A stretch of DNA of 64,000 bases from Anaeromyxobacteraceae bacterium. Its GTDB lineage: Bacteria > Myxococcota > Myxococcia > Myxococcales > Anaeromyxobacteraceae. Positions within the stretch are counted from its first letter, which is position 1, and every line of letters starts with the position of its first letter. The stretch covers positions 128,001-192,000 of the forward strand of contig JASGHJ010000002.1 of the NCBI GenBank assembly GCA_047602405.1, written 5' to 3'. Made by a program: the position numbers and the translations under genes. Below, piece by piece: positions 32,039 through 45,376 of the stretch. The notes below the pieces were generated by a model that was not told the DNA's origin, searched no databases, and saw only the letters and a program-made list of their open reading frames with translations.

Positions 32039-33621
32039 TTGGTCTTCCAGTTCGCGTAGGTGACGATCGGGAAGTCCCAGCCCCCGGCCGCCGAGGCCGC
32101 GAGCAGCGCCTTGCCCTTCGCGGGGGTGGCGACGAGGCCCTTCGAGAACCCGAGCGTCGGGAGCGTCTTCGGATCCCAGTTCCAGCCGACGTCGATGGAG
32201 TCCACGAGGGCCGTGGCCTGCGCGAGCCCGGGGATCTTCTCGGCCGCCTTGTCGAAGCCGGGGCCCTTGCCGAGGCTCACGGTCAGCCCGGGCGCCGGGG
32301 AGAGCGCGAAGTCGGAGAGCTTCGTCTTCGGGAAGAACATCGCCCCGACGCCTGCGGACGCAAGCTCGGTCGAGGAGGTCGCGCCGAGGCCGACGGACGC
32401 GTACAGCCCGCCCTCGCCGTTGAGGTTGGTCACCCAGGTCAGCCCGACGTCCATGCTCGTGTGGTAGGTCGGGTGGATGAAGGTGCTGCTCACGCCGATG
32501 GCGATGAAGTTCTGGGAGATGGCCTCGGTGAGGTCGAGCTCCTTGATGCGCGCCTCGACCTCCCGGGGGCCGCTGTCGCACATGAGCTTCTCGTCGAGGA
32601 GCATGGCCTTCAGCTTCGACTGGGCTGCGCCGACCCGCCCCGCGAACGTCTTCGCGTCTTCCATCACCTTGCCGTCGAGGCGGCCCACGGTCTGGTCGAG
32701 CAGCTTCTGGACCTCGTCGAGGTCGGTGACGAGGTCGGTGAGGTCGTCCATCCTCGCCTCGACCGGCTTCTTGACCGCGTCGATGTAGGGGGTGACGAGC
32801 TTCTGGAGGTCGTCGTAGCCCTTGTCGCCCTTCGCGAGCGCGCCCACGAGCTGACGGCAGAAGACCTTCGTGTCCGCGGCGAAGATGTCGAGCACCCGGT
32901 CGGTGCAGGCGCGGGGCCCGTCCACCGGGTTCACGGTGCGGAACTGGCCCTTCGGGCAGCTCCAGCACTCGCCGCCGTTGCGCGGGTCCCAGAACTCGTT
33001 CGCCTCGCAGCCGTACTTCGAGACGCGGGTCGCCGGCTTCAGCGCCTCCGCCGCCGGCTTCGCGCACGCCTTCCCATCGGTCACCGCGTGGGCCGTGCGC
33101 GTGAAGCCCTTCGGGCAGGTCCAGCACTGCCCGCCCTTGCGCGGGTCGTAGAAGGACCGCCCGCCGCAGCCCTTGAACTCGTGCTCGAACTTCGCGGGGC
33201 CGAGCTTCTCCCCGATGAGCTCCTTCGTCGCGCACGCCCTGTCGCTCGTGACCTTGTAGGCGGTGCGCCGCGGCTTCGACCTCGGGCAGCTCCAGCACTC
33301 GCCGCCCTTGCGCGGGTCGAAGAACTCGCCGGCGTCCTCGTCGCAGCCCCAGGAGTGCTTGAAGTCGGCCTCCTTGAAGGTCTCGCCGCCTGCCTTCGAG
33401 CACGCGTCGTCCTCGGTCACGCCGTAGGCGGTCCGCGCGAAGCCGTCCGGGCACTTCCAGCACTCCGAGCCGGCCGAGAGGTCGTCGAGGCGCAGGTCGA
33501 GGAAGCTGCCCTTCGGACAGTCCTTGGGCTTCTCGCCCTGCCTCGCCTTCGAGAAGTCGGCGCGGGCGGGCGGCGCGAGGAGCGTGGTGGCCGCCAGGGC
33601 GGCGAGGAGGGAGAGGCGCAT
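32035..33621 (-). CDS. Secreted protein with four Cys-rich repeats and an uncharacterised C-terminal domain
   Basis: Signal peptide MRLSLLAALAA...ARA; 4x C..F.D....(E/Q)CW.CP....RT...V....AC. Confidence 0.85.
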   Translation of the reverse strand: MRLSLLAALAATTLLAPPARADFSKARQGEKPKDCPKGSFLDLRLDDLSAGSECWKCPDGFARTAYGVTEDDACSKAGGETFKEADFKHSWGCDEDAGEFFDPRKGGECWSCPRSKPRRTAYKVTSDRACATKELIGEKLGPAKFEHEFKGCGGRSFYDPRKGGQCWTCPKGFTRTAHAVTDGKACAKPAAEALKPATRVSKYGCEANEFWDPRNGGECWSCPKGQFRTVNPVDGPRACTDRVLDIFAADTKVFCRQLVGALAKGDKGYDDLQKLVTPYIDAVKKPVEARMDDLTDLVTDLDEVQKLLDQTVGRLDGKVMEDAKTFAGRVGAAQSKLKAMLLDEKLMCDSGPREVEARIKELDLTEAISQNFIAIGVSSTFIHPTYHTSMDVGLTWVTNLNGEGGLYASVGLGATSSTELASAGVGAMFFPKTKLSDFALSPAPGLTVSLGKGPGFDKAAEKIPGLAQATALVDSIDVGWNWDPKTLPTLGFSKGLVATPAKGKALLAASAAGGWDFPIVTYANWKTK

Positions 33622-33741
33622 TTTACGGACCGTCGCAGAGCGGCGAAGCTCCACACAAGTCCGGGCGCGTCGGGGAGGCAATCCCTCGCGGGGCGTCATC
33701 CACTTTTGGTGAATGAGCGTCCCCGCCCCGGGGGACGCGGG

Positions 33742-36649
33742 CTACTTCCGCCCCTCGAACTGCACCTGCAGGATCCGCGCGGCGCGCAGCAGGCCGTCGT
33801 CGGGGTCCGCCTTCTGGAGGGTCCCCAGGAGCCGGCCGAGCTCCTCGCCCGCTTCGACGCGCCGGCCGGCGCCGACCAGGGCCGTCGCGAGCTGGAGCCG
33901 GCTGCGGGGCAGCGCCCAGGGCCGGATGCCGCCGTGCTCGTAGAGCGCCTGCGCGGCGTGGAGCGCGTCCATCGCGGCCTTGTGGTCGCCGGCGTCCTCC
34001 AGCGCGAAGCCGAGGAGGTACGGCGCCGCCTCGACCGGCACGCCGAGGTCCTTCCGGCGTTCCTTCACGAGATCGCGCAGCGCCGAGGCGCCCGCGGCCG
34101 CGTCGCCGCCGCGCCACACCGCCACGGCGGCGTGGAGCCTCGCCGGGGCCGAGCCCGCGGGGAGTCGCGCCGCCAGCGGGGCCGCGCCGGCGAGGTCGCC
34201 GGCCTGGGCGAGGAGGACGGCGTACGCGGCGGCGCGGGCCGGCGCGAGCGGCTCGAGCGCGGCGAGCTCCCTGCGGAGCAGGACCTCGTCGCGCTTGCCT
34301 GCGAGGAGCTCCACCCGGCGGGCGTGGACCCACGCGTCGGCGGCCCCGGCCTCGACGAGCGCCGCGTCGAGCTCCTTCTGCGCCTCCCTCCAGCGCCCCT
34401 GCTCGACGAGCGTCTCGGCGAGGAGGACGCGCCGCGAGGGGCGGCGGGCGGGCGGCGCGGCGGCGAGCTCGTCGCGCGCGGCGCGTTCGGCGGCCTCGGA
34501 GATCGCCGGAGGACGCGAGCGCGTGGACGAGGTCGTCGGCCGCGAGCGGAGAGCCGGCCTTCCTGCCGGTGTCGGCCGCGGCGGCGGCGGCGCGGGCGTC
34601 GCCGAGCCAGCCGCGCGTGAGGGAGAGGACGTGCAGGGCGCCCGGTGTGCGCCCGCCGGCCGCGAGCGCGCCGGCGAGCGACTCGAGGCGGCGCCGGTCG
34701 GCGAGGTGGCCGAGCACGCGGGCGAGGCGCGCCTGCACCCACGGATCGGCCGGCGACGCACGCTGGGCGCGCTCGAGCAGGGTGGCCGCGTCCTCGAGGC
34801 GGCCGCGCTGCCAGGCGAGGTCCGCGGCGAGGAGCGGCGCGTCGCGGTCGCCGAGGTCGCCCTCCATGAGCCGCTCGTACGCGGCGGTCGCGGCGCGGTC
34901 GTCGCCCGCGAGCGCCGAGCGCCACGCGGCGGCGAGCGCGGCGGCGCGCTCGGGCAGGCGCGCGCCGGCGGCCGTCACCGGCGCGAGCGCGGCCCGCTGC
35001 CCCTCCACGTCGGCGCCGGCCTCGAGGGAGAGCAGGGCGAGCGCGAGCTGCGCCGCGCCGAAGCCCGGGTCCTTCGCCACCGCCTCCCGGAAGGGCCCGT
35101 CGCAGGGCCGCTCCGGCGCGCGGGGTGCGGCGAGGCACGCGGTGCCGGCCTGGTACCAGCGCCAGGCCTCGAGGTCGGGCGTGTAGCTCGCGGCGAGGCG
35201 CGCCGGCCGGCCGTCCACCTCGGCGGGCGGCTCGCCGAGCGCGAGGCGCGCCCGGCGCGCGAGGCGGTCGATCATCTCGACCGCGTCGGAGAGGTCGGCG
35301 CAGCGCTCGGCGACCGTGAAGGCGCGGTCGCCGGTGCGCGGGTTCAGGGCGGTGAGCTCGCCGACGTAGCCCGCCGAGAGCCGGCGGAGCGTGAGCTCGA
35401 GCGCCCAGCGCGCCTTGAGGTCGTCCCAGGCCGGCTTGACCGCGGCGACGTCGAGCCGCCCGGTGCCGCCCGCCCGCGCCGCGCCCGCGAGGTCGCCCTT
35501 CGGCATCGCGCGCACGCGCCCCGAGGGCTCGAGCGCCCGCGCGAGGAGCTCCGCAACGCCGGCGAAGGCCTCGGTGCGGGTGGTGTCGACCTCGTCGAGC
35601 ACGATCACCGGCAGCGTCGCCTCGCCGCCGCGCCCGCGGACCCAGAGCCCGCCGGCCACGATGGCGGCCACAGCCGCCACCGCCGCGGCGACGGCCACCG
35701 CGCGCCGCGCCGGGCGCGGGAGGCGCCCGCCGCGTTCGTACGCCGCGAGGGCGTGGGCGACCTCGGCGCCGTCCCGGAACCGGCGCCGCGGGTCGCGGTG
35801 CAGGCACCTGCTGATGACGTCGGCGAGCTCCCAGTGCACGCCGACCGGGCGCGGGGTCGCGCCGCGCTCGAGCGCGTCGGTGTGGCTGCCGGCCACGGCG
35901 TACGGGATGTTGCCCGTCAGCGCCTGGAACATGATGACGCCGAGCGCGAAGACGTCGGAGCGCGCGTCGCCCGGCTCGCCGCGCCACTGCTCGGGCGCGA
36001 GGAAGGGCGGGGCGCCGCCGGCGGAGAGGTTCCTGCCGCTCGGGCGCGAGAGCCCGAGGCCGGTCACCTTCACGCGGCCGTCGGGGAGGAGGAGCACGTT
36101 GCCCGGCTCGAGGTCGCGGTGCGCGATGCCGGAGGCGTGCGCGGCCTCGAGCGCGGCGGCGATCTGCCGGGAGAAGGCCAGCACCTCCGCCTCGGGCAGC
36201 GGGCGCTCGCGCAGCCGCTCCTGCAGCGTGCGGCCGTCGAGCCAGTCGGAGACGACGAACGGCCCGCCCGCCCAGGTGCCCGCGTCGAAGTAGCCGACGA
36301 CGTTCGGGTGCTCGACGCGGGCGCCGGCGTCGGCCTCGGCGCGCAGCGCCTCCTCCGACACGAGCGCGCGCAGGCGCGGCCCGGGGCGGAAGAGCTTCAG
36401 CGCGACCATGCGGCCGCTCGCGCGCTCGCGCGCGAGGTGCACGTCGGCGAGGCCGCCCCGGCCGGCCACCCGCACGACCTCGTACGGACCGACGAACGCG
36501 CCGGGTGTCAGCGCGACCGACCACGCGGGCTCGGTCGCGCCGGCCGGGAGCTTTGCGACGTCCTCGAGCAGCTCCGCGAGCCGGCCGGGCGCGATGAGGT
36601 GCTCGTCGGGCGCCGGGTCGGGCGCCGGGCTGTGGGGGAGGGGTTCGAT
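33742..36649 (-). CDS. Membrane Ser/Thr protein kinase-like (probable pseudokinase) with TPR-like ectodomain; frameshift ~34498; start uncertain
   Basis: VALK, HPNVV, HRDLEPGN, APEQW, SDVFALG; TM; helical repeats continue in a second frame to 33742; frame open upstream of GTG 36475 to ATC 36649. Confidence 0.8.
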
Positions 36650-36790
36650 GGCAGGAGAGTACGCGACGGCCGCTCGCCCGCACAGTGAGCCCGGTCACCC
36701 CCGGGCGAGCGACCACCCGTCCGGGGAGCGTCCAGCGCTGCGAGCGCGGGTGGGGCGGTGCGTAGCTTTCGGTGCAGGGAGGAGAGTCGG

Positions 36791-36943
36791 ATGCTCTGGA
36801 CGATCACGATCCTGCTCGTCGTGCTGTGGGCCATCGGGATGGTGTCGGGTGCGACGCTCGGGTGGTGGGTTCACATCCTGCTCGTGCTGGCGCTCGTCTC
36901 GCTCATCTTCGCGGTGATGCGGCGGGGCACGGCGGCGGTATGA
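36791..36943 (+). CDS. lmo0937 / DUF5670 family small membrane protein
   Basis: MLWTI.ILLVVLW.IG.V....LG..VHILLVLA; RBS GGAGGAG. Confidence 0.88.
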   Translation: MLWTITILLVVLWAIGMVSGATLGWWVHILLVLALVSLIFAVMRRGTAAV

Positions 36944-37011
36944 GGGGGGCGGGGCCGGCCGCGTGGCCGGGCCGGTCCCGCCAGATTCCTCAGGCGTCAT
37001 GGCAGGTTGAG

Positions 37012-37044
37012 TCGTCAACCTGTACCCGGGTCACCGGTTGACGA
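37012..37044. promoter_or_regulatory. BirA-type biotin operator overlapping the bioB -35 box
   Basis: TCGTCAACC-N15-GGTTGACGA perfect inverted repeat, matching GTcAACC-N14..16-GGTTgAC; TTGACG 37038-37043, TAGGGT 37062-37067. Confidence 0.85.
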
Positions 37045-37075
37045 GCGCGGGGTCGGGCCGGTAGGGTGCCGGCCC

Positions 37076-38167
37076 ATGCACGAAACCGCCCGCGCCGCCC
37101 CGGTCCTGCCCGAGGGCATCGAGCCCATCACCGTGGAGGAGGCGCTGCGCCTCATCCGCCACACCGAGGGGCCGGCGCTCGAGGCGCTCCTCGACCGCGC
37201 CGACGAGGTCCGGCGCGCGGTGCACGGCGACGGCGTCTCCCTGTGCGGCATCACGAACGCGAAGTCGGGCCGCTGCGCGGAGAACTGCGGCTTCTGCGCC
37301 CAGTCGGCGCACTTCCCGGAGGCGGAGTCCCCGGTCTACCCGCTCATCCCGGCGGAGGACATCGTCGCCCAGGCGAAGGCCGCCGAGCGGGCGGGCGCCC
37401 GCGAGTTCTCGATCGTCACCTCCGGCACCCGCCTCGCGAAGGAGTCCGAGCTCGCGACGCTCGAGGACGCCGTGCGGCGGCTGCGCAGCGAGACCGGCAT
37501 CGAGCCGTGCGCCTCGCTCGGTCTCATGCGGGAGCCCGAGCTCGCGCGCCTGAAGGCGGCCGGCCTCATCCACTTCCACCACAACCTCGAGACGGCGCGC
37601 AGCCACTTCGGAGAGGTCTGCACCTCGCACACCTACGACGAGCAGCTCGAGACCATCCGCGCCGCGAAGAGGCTCGGCCTCGAGCTCTGCACCGGCGGGA
37701 TCCTCGGCATGGGCGAGACGCCGGAGCAGCGGGTCGAGCTCGCCGAGACGCTGCGCGACCTCGAGGTCGAGCACATCCCGCTCAACTTCCTGAACCCGCG
37801 CCCCGGCACGCCGATGGAGGGGGTGAAGGCGATCACGCCCGGTGAGTGCCTCGCCGCGATCGCGGTGTTCCGGCTGATGATGCCGGCGGTCCACATCTTC
37901 GTGATGGGCGGGCGCGAGGTGAACCTCGGCGACCGGCAGGTGGACATCTTCCGCGCCGGGGCCGACGGGACGATGGTCGGCAACTACCTCACGAGCGCGG
38001 GGCGCGCGCCCGACGCCACGGTCGGCATGGTCGAGGCGCAGGGGCTCCGGCTGCGCCCGCCGTCCACCGGCAAGCCCTGGGCGTTCGAGCACCGCCCGCC
38101 CGCGGAGGCCGACTGGAACGTCGCCGCCGCCGGGCCCGACCGGCGCTCGCTGCCGGTCGTGCGGTGA
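37076..38167 (+). CDS. bioB: Biotin synthase
   Basis: [11 protein letters not shown] radical-SAM motif, [30 protein letters not shown]. Confidence 0.96.
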   Translation: MHETARAAPVLPEGIEPITVEEALRLIRHTEGPALEALLDRADEVRRAVHGDGVSLCGITNAKSGRCAENCGFCAQSAHFPEAESPVYPLIPAEDIVAQAKAAERAGAREFSIVTSGTRLAKESELATLEDAVRRLRSETGIEPCASLGLMREPELARLKAAGLIHFHHNLETARSHFGEVCTSHTYDEQLETIRAAKRLGLELCTGGILGMGETPEQRVELAETLRDLEVEHIPLNFLNPRPGTPMEGVKAITPGECLAAIAVFRLMMPAVHIFVMGGREVNLGDRQVDIFRAGADGTMVGNYLTSAGRAPDATVGMVEAQGLRLRPPSTGKPWAFEHRPPAEADWNVAAAGPDRRSLPVVR

Positions 38168-39361
38168 GCGCCGGGACCCCGCCCGGCCCGCCGCGCCTCG
38201 GCTGGCTCGACGCCGCGCTCGAGGAGCTCGAGGAGGCGGGGCTTCGCCGCACGCTCGAGCCGCTCGGCTCGCCGCAGGGGCCGGTGGTGGAGGTCGGCGG
38301 CCGGCGCCTCGTCAACCTCTGCTCGAACGACTACCTCGGCCTCGCCGCCGACCCGCGCCTGCGCCGGGCGGCCGCCGACGCGGCCCTCGCCGAGGGCGCG
38401 GGGAGCGGCGCCTCCCGCCTCGTGGCGGGGGACCTCGCCATCCACGGCCGCCTCGAGCGGGCGCTCGCCGCCCTCGAGGGCACCGAGGCGGCGCTCTTGT
38501 TCAACTCCGGCTACCACGCGAACGCCGGCGTCCCGCCCGCGCTCGTCGGCCGCGACGACGCGATCTTCTCCGACCAGCTCAACCACGCCTCGATCATCGA
38601 CGGTGCGCTGCTCTCCCGCGCCGACCTCGTCCGCTACCGGCACGCCGACGCCGAGGACCTCGCGGGGCGGCTCGCCCGCTCGACCGCCAGGCGGAAGCTC
38701 GTCGTCACCGACGCGGTCTTCTCGATGGACGGCGACGCCGCCCCGCTCGCCGCGATCGCGGAGGCGTGCGCGCGGCACGGGGCGATGCTCTACGTCGACG
38801 AGGCGCACGCCACCGGGGTGCTCGGCCCCACCGGGGCGGGGCTCGCCGAGGCGCTCGGCGTCGCGGACCGGGTGGACGTGCGGATGGGCACGCTCGGGAA
38901 GGCGCTCGGCGCCTTCGGGGCGTACGTCGGCGGCGAGCGCCGGCTCGTCGACTGGCTCGTGAGCCGCGCGCGGTCGTTCGTGTTCACGACCGCGCTGCCG
39001 CCGGCGGCGTGCGGGGCAGCGCTCGAGGCGCTGCGCCTCGTGCGCGAGGAGCCGGCGCGACGGGAGCGGGTGAACGCGCTCGCGGCGCGCGCGAAGGCGG
39101 GGCTCGCCCGGCTCGGCTTCCCGTGCGAGGGCGTGGTGGCGCCGAATCCTGCCCGTGGTGCTCGGGTCCGAGGCGCGCGCGGTGGCGGCGTCGCGGGCGC
39201 TGCGCGAGCGGGGCTTCTTCGTGCGGGCGATCCGCCCGCCCACCGTGCCGCGCGGCACGAGCCGCCTGCGCGTCACGCTCACCGCCGCGCACGACGAGGG
39301 GCAGGTGGATGCGTTCCTCGGCGCGCTCGCCGAGGTGCTGCCGCTCCTGCCCCCCGCGTAG
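38164..39361 (+). CDS. bioF: 8-amino-7-oxononanoate synthase; frameshift at ~39145 (probably a sequencing error)
   Basis: [53 protein letters not shown] in second frame; removing one A restores APILPV. Confidence 0.93.
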
Positions 39362-39379
39362 AATCCCGCCGGGTGTTCC

Positions 39380-39637
39380 TCAGTTGGCGCGTTCGGCGCC
39401 GTGGCGGAGCTGCGCGAGCGTCTGGGGCCGGGACTCCCGGGCCGAGAGCTGCTGCGCCCACGCCGCGCGCCGCGCCTCGACCTTGTAGAGCCAGTCCTCG
39501 CTCGTGGAGCTGGGCACGGCGTCCGTGACGAACGCCAGCACGAGGAAGATCCAGACCAGGACCGTGACCGCCCCCGCGAGCCCCCACGGCCTCGGGACGT
39601 TCTCGAACATCTGGCCAGCGATCTTCGCGCTCCTCAT
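39380..39637 (-). CDS. Small single-pass membrane protein (85 aa)
   Basis: [30 protein letters not shown]; biased codons. Confidence 0.7.
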   Translation of the reverse strand: MRSAKIAGQMFENVPRPWGLAGAVTVLVWIFLVLAFVTDAVPSSTSEDWLYKVEARRAAWAQQLSARESRPQTLAQLRHGAERAN

Positions 39638-39936
39638 GACCTTCTCCTCTTTCGGGCTCCGAACCTCGAACCTCACCGCCCATTCTACAGGAGCAGGTCC
39701 AGCATATTTCGTGACGCGTTGACTCAGCGTGCAGACCCGACATGTCCGTTTCGGGTGTACGCCTCGTTGGGGCTACCCGCGCTCCCCGTGAGGGCGTGGT
39801 CACGCGGGCTGCCGGGCGTCCCCCCGCTCGCCCGCCTGCCTGTGGGGGCCGGTCCCACGCGGGTCAACCCACCCGAAGGGCCGGGTCGCGCGGCTGGCGC
39901 GGCGTCGAGCGGCGGCCCGGGGCAGGCGCGCCGGCC

Positions 39937-40515
39937 CTACTCCAGCAGCCCCTCGGCGCGCGCCATCTCGGTCAGCTTCGACTTCAGCCGCTCGAAGCGC
40001 TTGCGGAGCGCGACCTCGTCGACCGGCTCGCCGTCCTCCGCGAGCACGATCGCGACCTCGCGCCAGGCGAGGTTCCGGTCGAGCCGGAGCACGAGCAGCG
40101 TCTGCTCCTCGGGCGTGAGCTGGGCGCGCAGCCGGTCGATGCCCTGCTGGCGCGCCTCGCCGCGGCCGAGCAGCACGCTCGAGCGGACCTCGTCGGCGAT
40201 GCGGGAGAGCTCGGTGGTCTCGAGCCGGCGGCCGCGCTGCCGGTAGGGATCGCGCAGGTGCCGCGCCGCCGCGTGCCACGCGACGCGGTAGGCCCACACG
40301 CGCACGGGGCACTCGCCGCGGAAGCCGGGCAGGCCGCGCCAGAGGTCCTCGGTGAACTGGGAGAACACGTCGGCGGCGTCGGCGTCGTTGCGCAGCACCG
40401 AGGCGAGGTAGCCGAGGATGCTCGGCCCGTGGTCGCGCACGATCGCCTCGGCGGCGCCGCGGAGGTCGCCTCCGGCGATGAGCTCGTTCGCGCGATCCTC
40501 GATCGGGTTCGACAA
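39937..40515 (-). CDS. ECF RNA polymerase sigma factor
   Basis: DAADVFSQF...LWRGLPGFRGEC.VR.WAYRVA (region 2); LTPEEQTLLVLR....WREVA (region 4). Confidence 0.9.
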   Translation of the reverse strand: MSNPIEDRANELIAGGDLRGAAEAIVRDHGPSILGYLASVLRNDADAADVFSQFTEDLWRGLPGFRGECPVRVWAYRVAWHAAARHLRDPYRQRGRRLETTELSRIADEVRSSVLLGRGEARQQGIDRLRAQLTPEEQTLLVLRLDRNLAWREVAIVLAEDGEPVDEVALRKRFERLKSKLTEMARAEGLLE

Positions 40516-40597
40516 GGGGTCCCCTCCGGCGCCTGCGCGGCGGCCGGATCATGGCCGAAGGGCGGAGGGCCCGCAACGTGGGAGGCCGTGAGCTACG

Positions 40598-40680
40598 CCC
40601 CTGCGAAGCGCAGCGGAGCAGATCCGGGGAGGGGCCCCGGCGGAGCTTTGCTCCGCCAGGGGAGGGGGCTATGCCCCCTC
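40598..40680 (-). repeat. REP-like multi-hairpin dispersed repeat, family A copy 2
   Basis: Reverse complement aligns with 11993-12072. Confidence 0.85.
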
Positions 40681-40685
40681 CAGAA

Positions 40686-41213
40686 TCACAGCTGGGTCAG
40701 CCGCCGGGCGAGCTCGACGCGGTTCCGCACGCCGAGCTTGTCGAAGATGGTCTTCAGGTGGCTCTTGACCGTCTGGGACGCGATGCCGAGCCGCTCGGCG
40801 ACCTCGCGGGACCGCAGGCCGTCGGCGACGAGCAGGGCGACCTCGCGCTCGCGCTGGGTCAGGCCATCGGAGGGGGCGGAGGCGACCGGCTCGGGACCCA
40901 TCGTCATCGCCTCGGGCAGGGGCTCGCGCCAGAGGTGGAGCTGGGTGCGACCCTTGCCTACCGCGGTGACCTCGATGCGCAGCCGCTCGCCGTGCCCCTC
41001 CATGACGAGCGTGCGGCGGATCCCCGGTACGCCGTTCTGGGCAGCCTCGGAGAGGCCACGGAGCTCAGCCGGCACCATGCCGCCGTCGACGGCGTCGCCG
41101 AAGAAGACCTTCAGCATCTCCTCGGCCTGGCGGTCGCAGCGAAGAAGCCCGGACGCATCGGCGTGTGCAGCGGCGCCGCGCGGAGCGGGCACGCGAACGT
41201 TCGCGCGCATCAT
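40686..41213 (-). CDS. LuxR-family HTH transcriptional regulator
   Basis: LTQREREVALLVADGL.SREVAERLGIA.QTVKSHL..IFDKLGVRNR; no receiver domain seen. Confidence 0.9.
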   Translation of the reverse strand: MMRANVRVPAPRGAAAHADASGLLRCDRQAEEMLKVFFGDAVDGGMVPAELRGLSEAAQNGVPGIRRTLVMEGHGERLRIEVTAVGKGRTQLHLWREPLPEAMTMGPEPVASAPSDGLTQREREVALLVADGLRSREVAERLGIASQTVKSHLKTIFDKLGVRNRVELARRLTQL

Positions 41214-41517
41214 GACCAGAACACCCCCCTCAAGTGTGTGCCGGTGTAGCTGTCCGTATACTAACCGGGTTACGGGCGCCTGGTCACCCGCTACGGGGGA
41301 CCCCAAGTACCTTTTTCGGGTTGGGAGCGGCAGGTGCTGGCCCGCGACAATCGGCCCAATCGGAGGGTCCCCGAGGGCCCCTCGGGCATCCGGGAGAAGC
41401 GCAGGCGCAGGCAGGGGTCGCGCGGCCGACGCGCGACGCCCGGTGGGTGCCGAGCCGTACCAAACGGAACACTTTGGCGCCTGACCCTGCGGCCCGCCCG
41501 GCCGACGGCGCGGCGCG

Positions 41518-45174
<3,657 letters not shown>

Positions 45175-45376
45175 CGGAGCACCCTGTCTAGCAGGCGCCC
45201 CTGACGCCTGCCATCGGGCGCCATCACCCGAAAACGCCCGTTTTCACCGGGATCTCCGCCGGGGCGCGGGCGGGGCACCTTCGGGGGGGACGGGCGCCCG
45301 GTCGAGCGAACCCCGGGGAGGAAAAAAGGTCGGGAGCTTGACCTTGCAGGGGGTTCCCCTCTATCCGTGCCGGGCA

